A stretch of DNA of 62,590 bases, counting the filler, from Asterionella formosa (Eukaryota), in assembly GCA_002256025.1 (NCBI GenBank). It is 6 parts of 6 records of this genome, joined end to end, with 100 filler letters (N's around TTAATTAATTAA, not from the genome) between each part and the next. Parts side by side here need not be neighbours in the genome. Positions count along the whole stretch, not along the records: positions 60,896 to 62,590 come from NKIB01001468.1; 5 more parts are not named here. One strand, given 5' to 3'. Numbering within the stretch: position 1 is the first letter of the stretch; each line of letters starts with the position of its first letter. This document shows positions 61,060 through 62,590 of this stretch, one piece after another. The position numbers and the translations under genes were made by a program. A model generated the notes under the pieces. That model saw only the letters and a program-made list of their open reading frames with translations, had not been told where the DNA came from and searched no databases.

Positions 61060-61632
61060 AAATTCTACCAAAGTATTATTTTTCTGTAGGGCTCCGGTAC
61101 CTGGTAGTGTTCTACTCTGGACAGGTCAATACTGTCCGGTACCCCTCCCTTGCTTGACCGCGGTGAAAATATGGTATAGAGAAAGGCAAAAATTCTACCC
61201 AGTACTAGTACTTACTGGGGGTAGAATTTTTTTTCACATTTTGGTAGAATATTCTACCAATGGACCAATGGAAACCTGCAGTATGCCATGGTATTGTCCA
61301 AGAAATTCTACCATGATACAACATGGTATGAAATGGGATTGAAGTAAAAAATTAAACTAAATATCAACATGGCGACAATGCCAACAAGAAGAGTGAATGA
61401 ACCTACACAATCCCCTGTTTACAAGAGTGTCATAATTGCTGTGATGTCATACAGAGATGGCATGAATATTCTAAAAGCTATGAGTTTAGTCCAGAGGAAC
61501 TTGGGGAAGTTACACCTGAGGATGTCTACAAATGGATGGCTATGAAAGTCTATGGCCATCCTGATCCAAACAATGATGACAATCCAACACATGGCCAGTC
61601 TTCTTCCCTGGAATACTACGTCTGCAAATAGA
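61060..61632 (+). pseudogene. Crypton-like (tyrosine-recombinase transposon) 5' remnant with palindromic ATTCTACC motifs
   Basis: ATG at 61369 gives MATMPTRR..YKSVIIAVMSYRDG, then after a frameshift near 61460 HEYSKSYEFSPEELGEVTPEDVYKWMAMKVYGHPDPNNDDNPTHGQSSSLEYY. This resembles the N-terminus of stramenopile CryptonS proteins. The YR catalytic region is absent. Confidence 0.55.
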
Positions 61633-62214
61633 AAACATCTAATTTGTGTGATGCATCTTATAATGGCAGTCATATGATCATATAAATTCGATTTATCATC
61701 TAATATGAATAATATTTATCATCATATAGAATATTGTATGTATATATATATCGATATTGATACATGTATTTTTGTATGTATACCATCACTGGCTGCAAAC
61801 ATCAACAACCGCCCAATCTGAATGCATGTTGCATGAGTAAGACAGTCATACATTGGTATGTATACATATCTACGGTAGCAATCTATAGTTTAGAAGACAT
61901 CATAGATATACATATATGAATATGCATGTTCGAGTTGATTTGTGGGTGAGTACTGGTACCAGGTACTACTGTCTATTGTATCATCTACTATTGTACTACC
62001 TGGTACCCTGGTAGTACCAATATGTTGGACATATTTTTGTTTGTAAACATATGTACACGATTGATTTGAATTTTAATCATGCCCATCACCGGGATACCTA
62101 CCAGTATATATGTAGCACACATATTTTTACATGTAAATGTACATACCAGTATGCATACGATTGATTTGAATTTGAATCATGCCCAAGATAGGAATAGGGT
62201 TAGGGAGCGACTTT

Positions 62215-62590
62215 GGTATACCGGTATCTAAAGGTGATTGAGGGTACGCAATATCACGTAGTTGTACAACAATGTGGCATTAGTATCTGTTGGCGATGAA
62301 GGGGACGCAATAACACTTTCTCGTACAAACAAGGTGACATTGGTATCTATTGTCACCTCGTACTCAGGCTACAACACGTTCATCAGGTCGTGGAAAACAA
62401 TGATATCCTCATGCATTGTATATATTTGAATTATGTATAAGCTTAATTGATGATAGTATAAACATTATGTCTATATATTTATACGTTTTCAAATTTTTAT
62501 AAATGTATACATAGCCTATACATTTGAAATCATGTTTAGAGGTTCCTTGTTATGCCTACCGGTACCACATGATCCTGAAATGAAAGATCA
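62215..62590. repeat. Reverse copies of the 60-bp unit joined to the repeat shared with 27775-28020
   Basis: ggtatcta..gatgaagggg(t)acgcaataac..tacaaacaa is the reverse complement of the 60-bp unit, followed by caggtcgtggaaaac... Confidence 0.75.

Overview
Eukaryotic nuclear DNA, most likely from a diatom or other photosynthetic stramenopile. The evidence is short GT-AG introns, bipartite plastid presequences, a DUF6824 gene and a KEA3-like antiporter with an EF-hand-like tail. About 13 intact host genes are present: BTB protein, small W-R-M-Y protein, signal-peptide protein, UTP4, KEA3-like, double DUF6824, ABC-F, BCD1/ZNHIT6, MsrB-MsrA fusion, isochorismatase, DUF1990, acidic repeat membrane protein and TM-RING-H2. 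They are interspersed with decayed mobile DNA: two PIF/Harbinger elements with TIRs and TWA target sites, a TTAA-flanked Kolobok-type element carrying a Copia RNaseH-LTR-Gag junction, a decayed Kolobok-like transposase plus a P2X7-ballast/KolX-like ORF, a Plavaka/CACTA-like transposase, a LINE RT and a Crypton-like remnant. There are also several tandem and inverted repeats. Non-coding DNA is saturated with GGTACC/CCWGG/ACCGGT micro-palindromes, and paired repeat copies differ by exactly such insertions. N-padded TTAATTAATTAA spacers (about 27.7, 55.4, 57.2, 59.0 and 60.8 kb) are assembly linkers, so adjacency across them is not established. All family calls come from recognising motifs by eye; no database searches were run.
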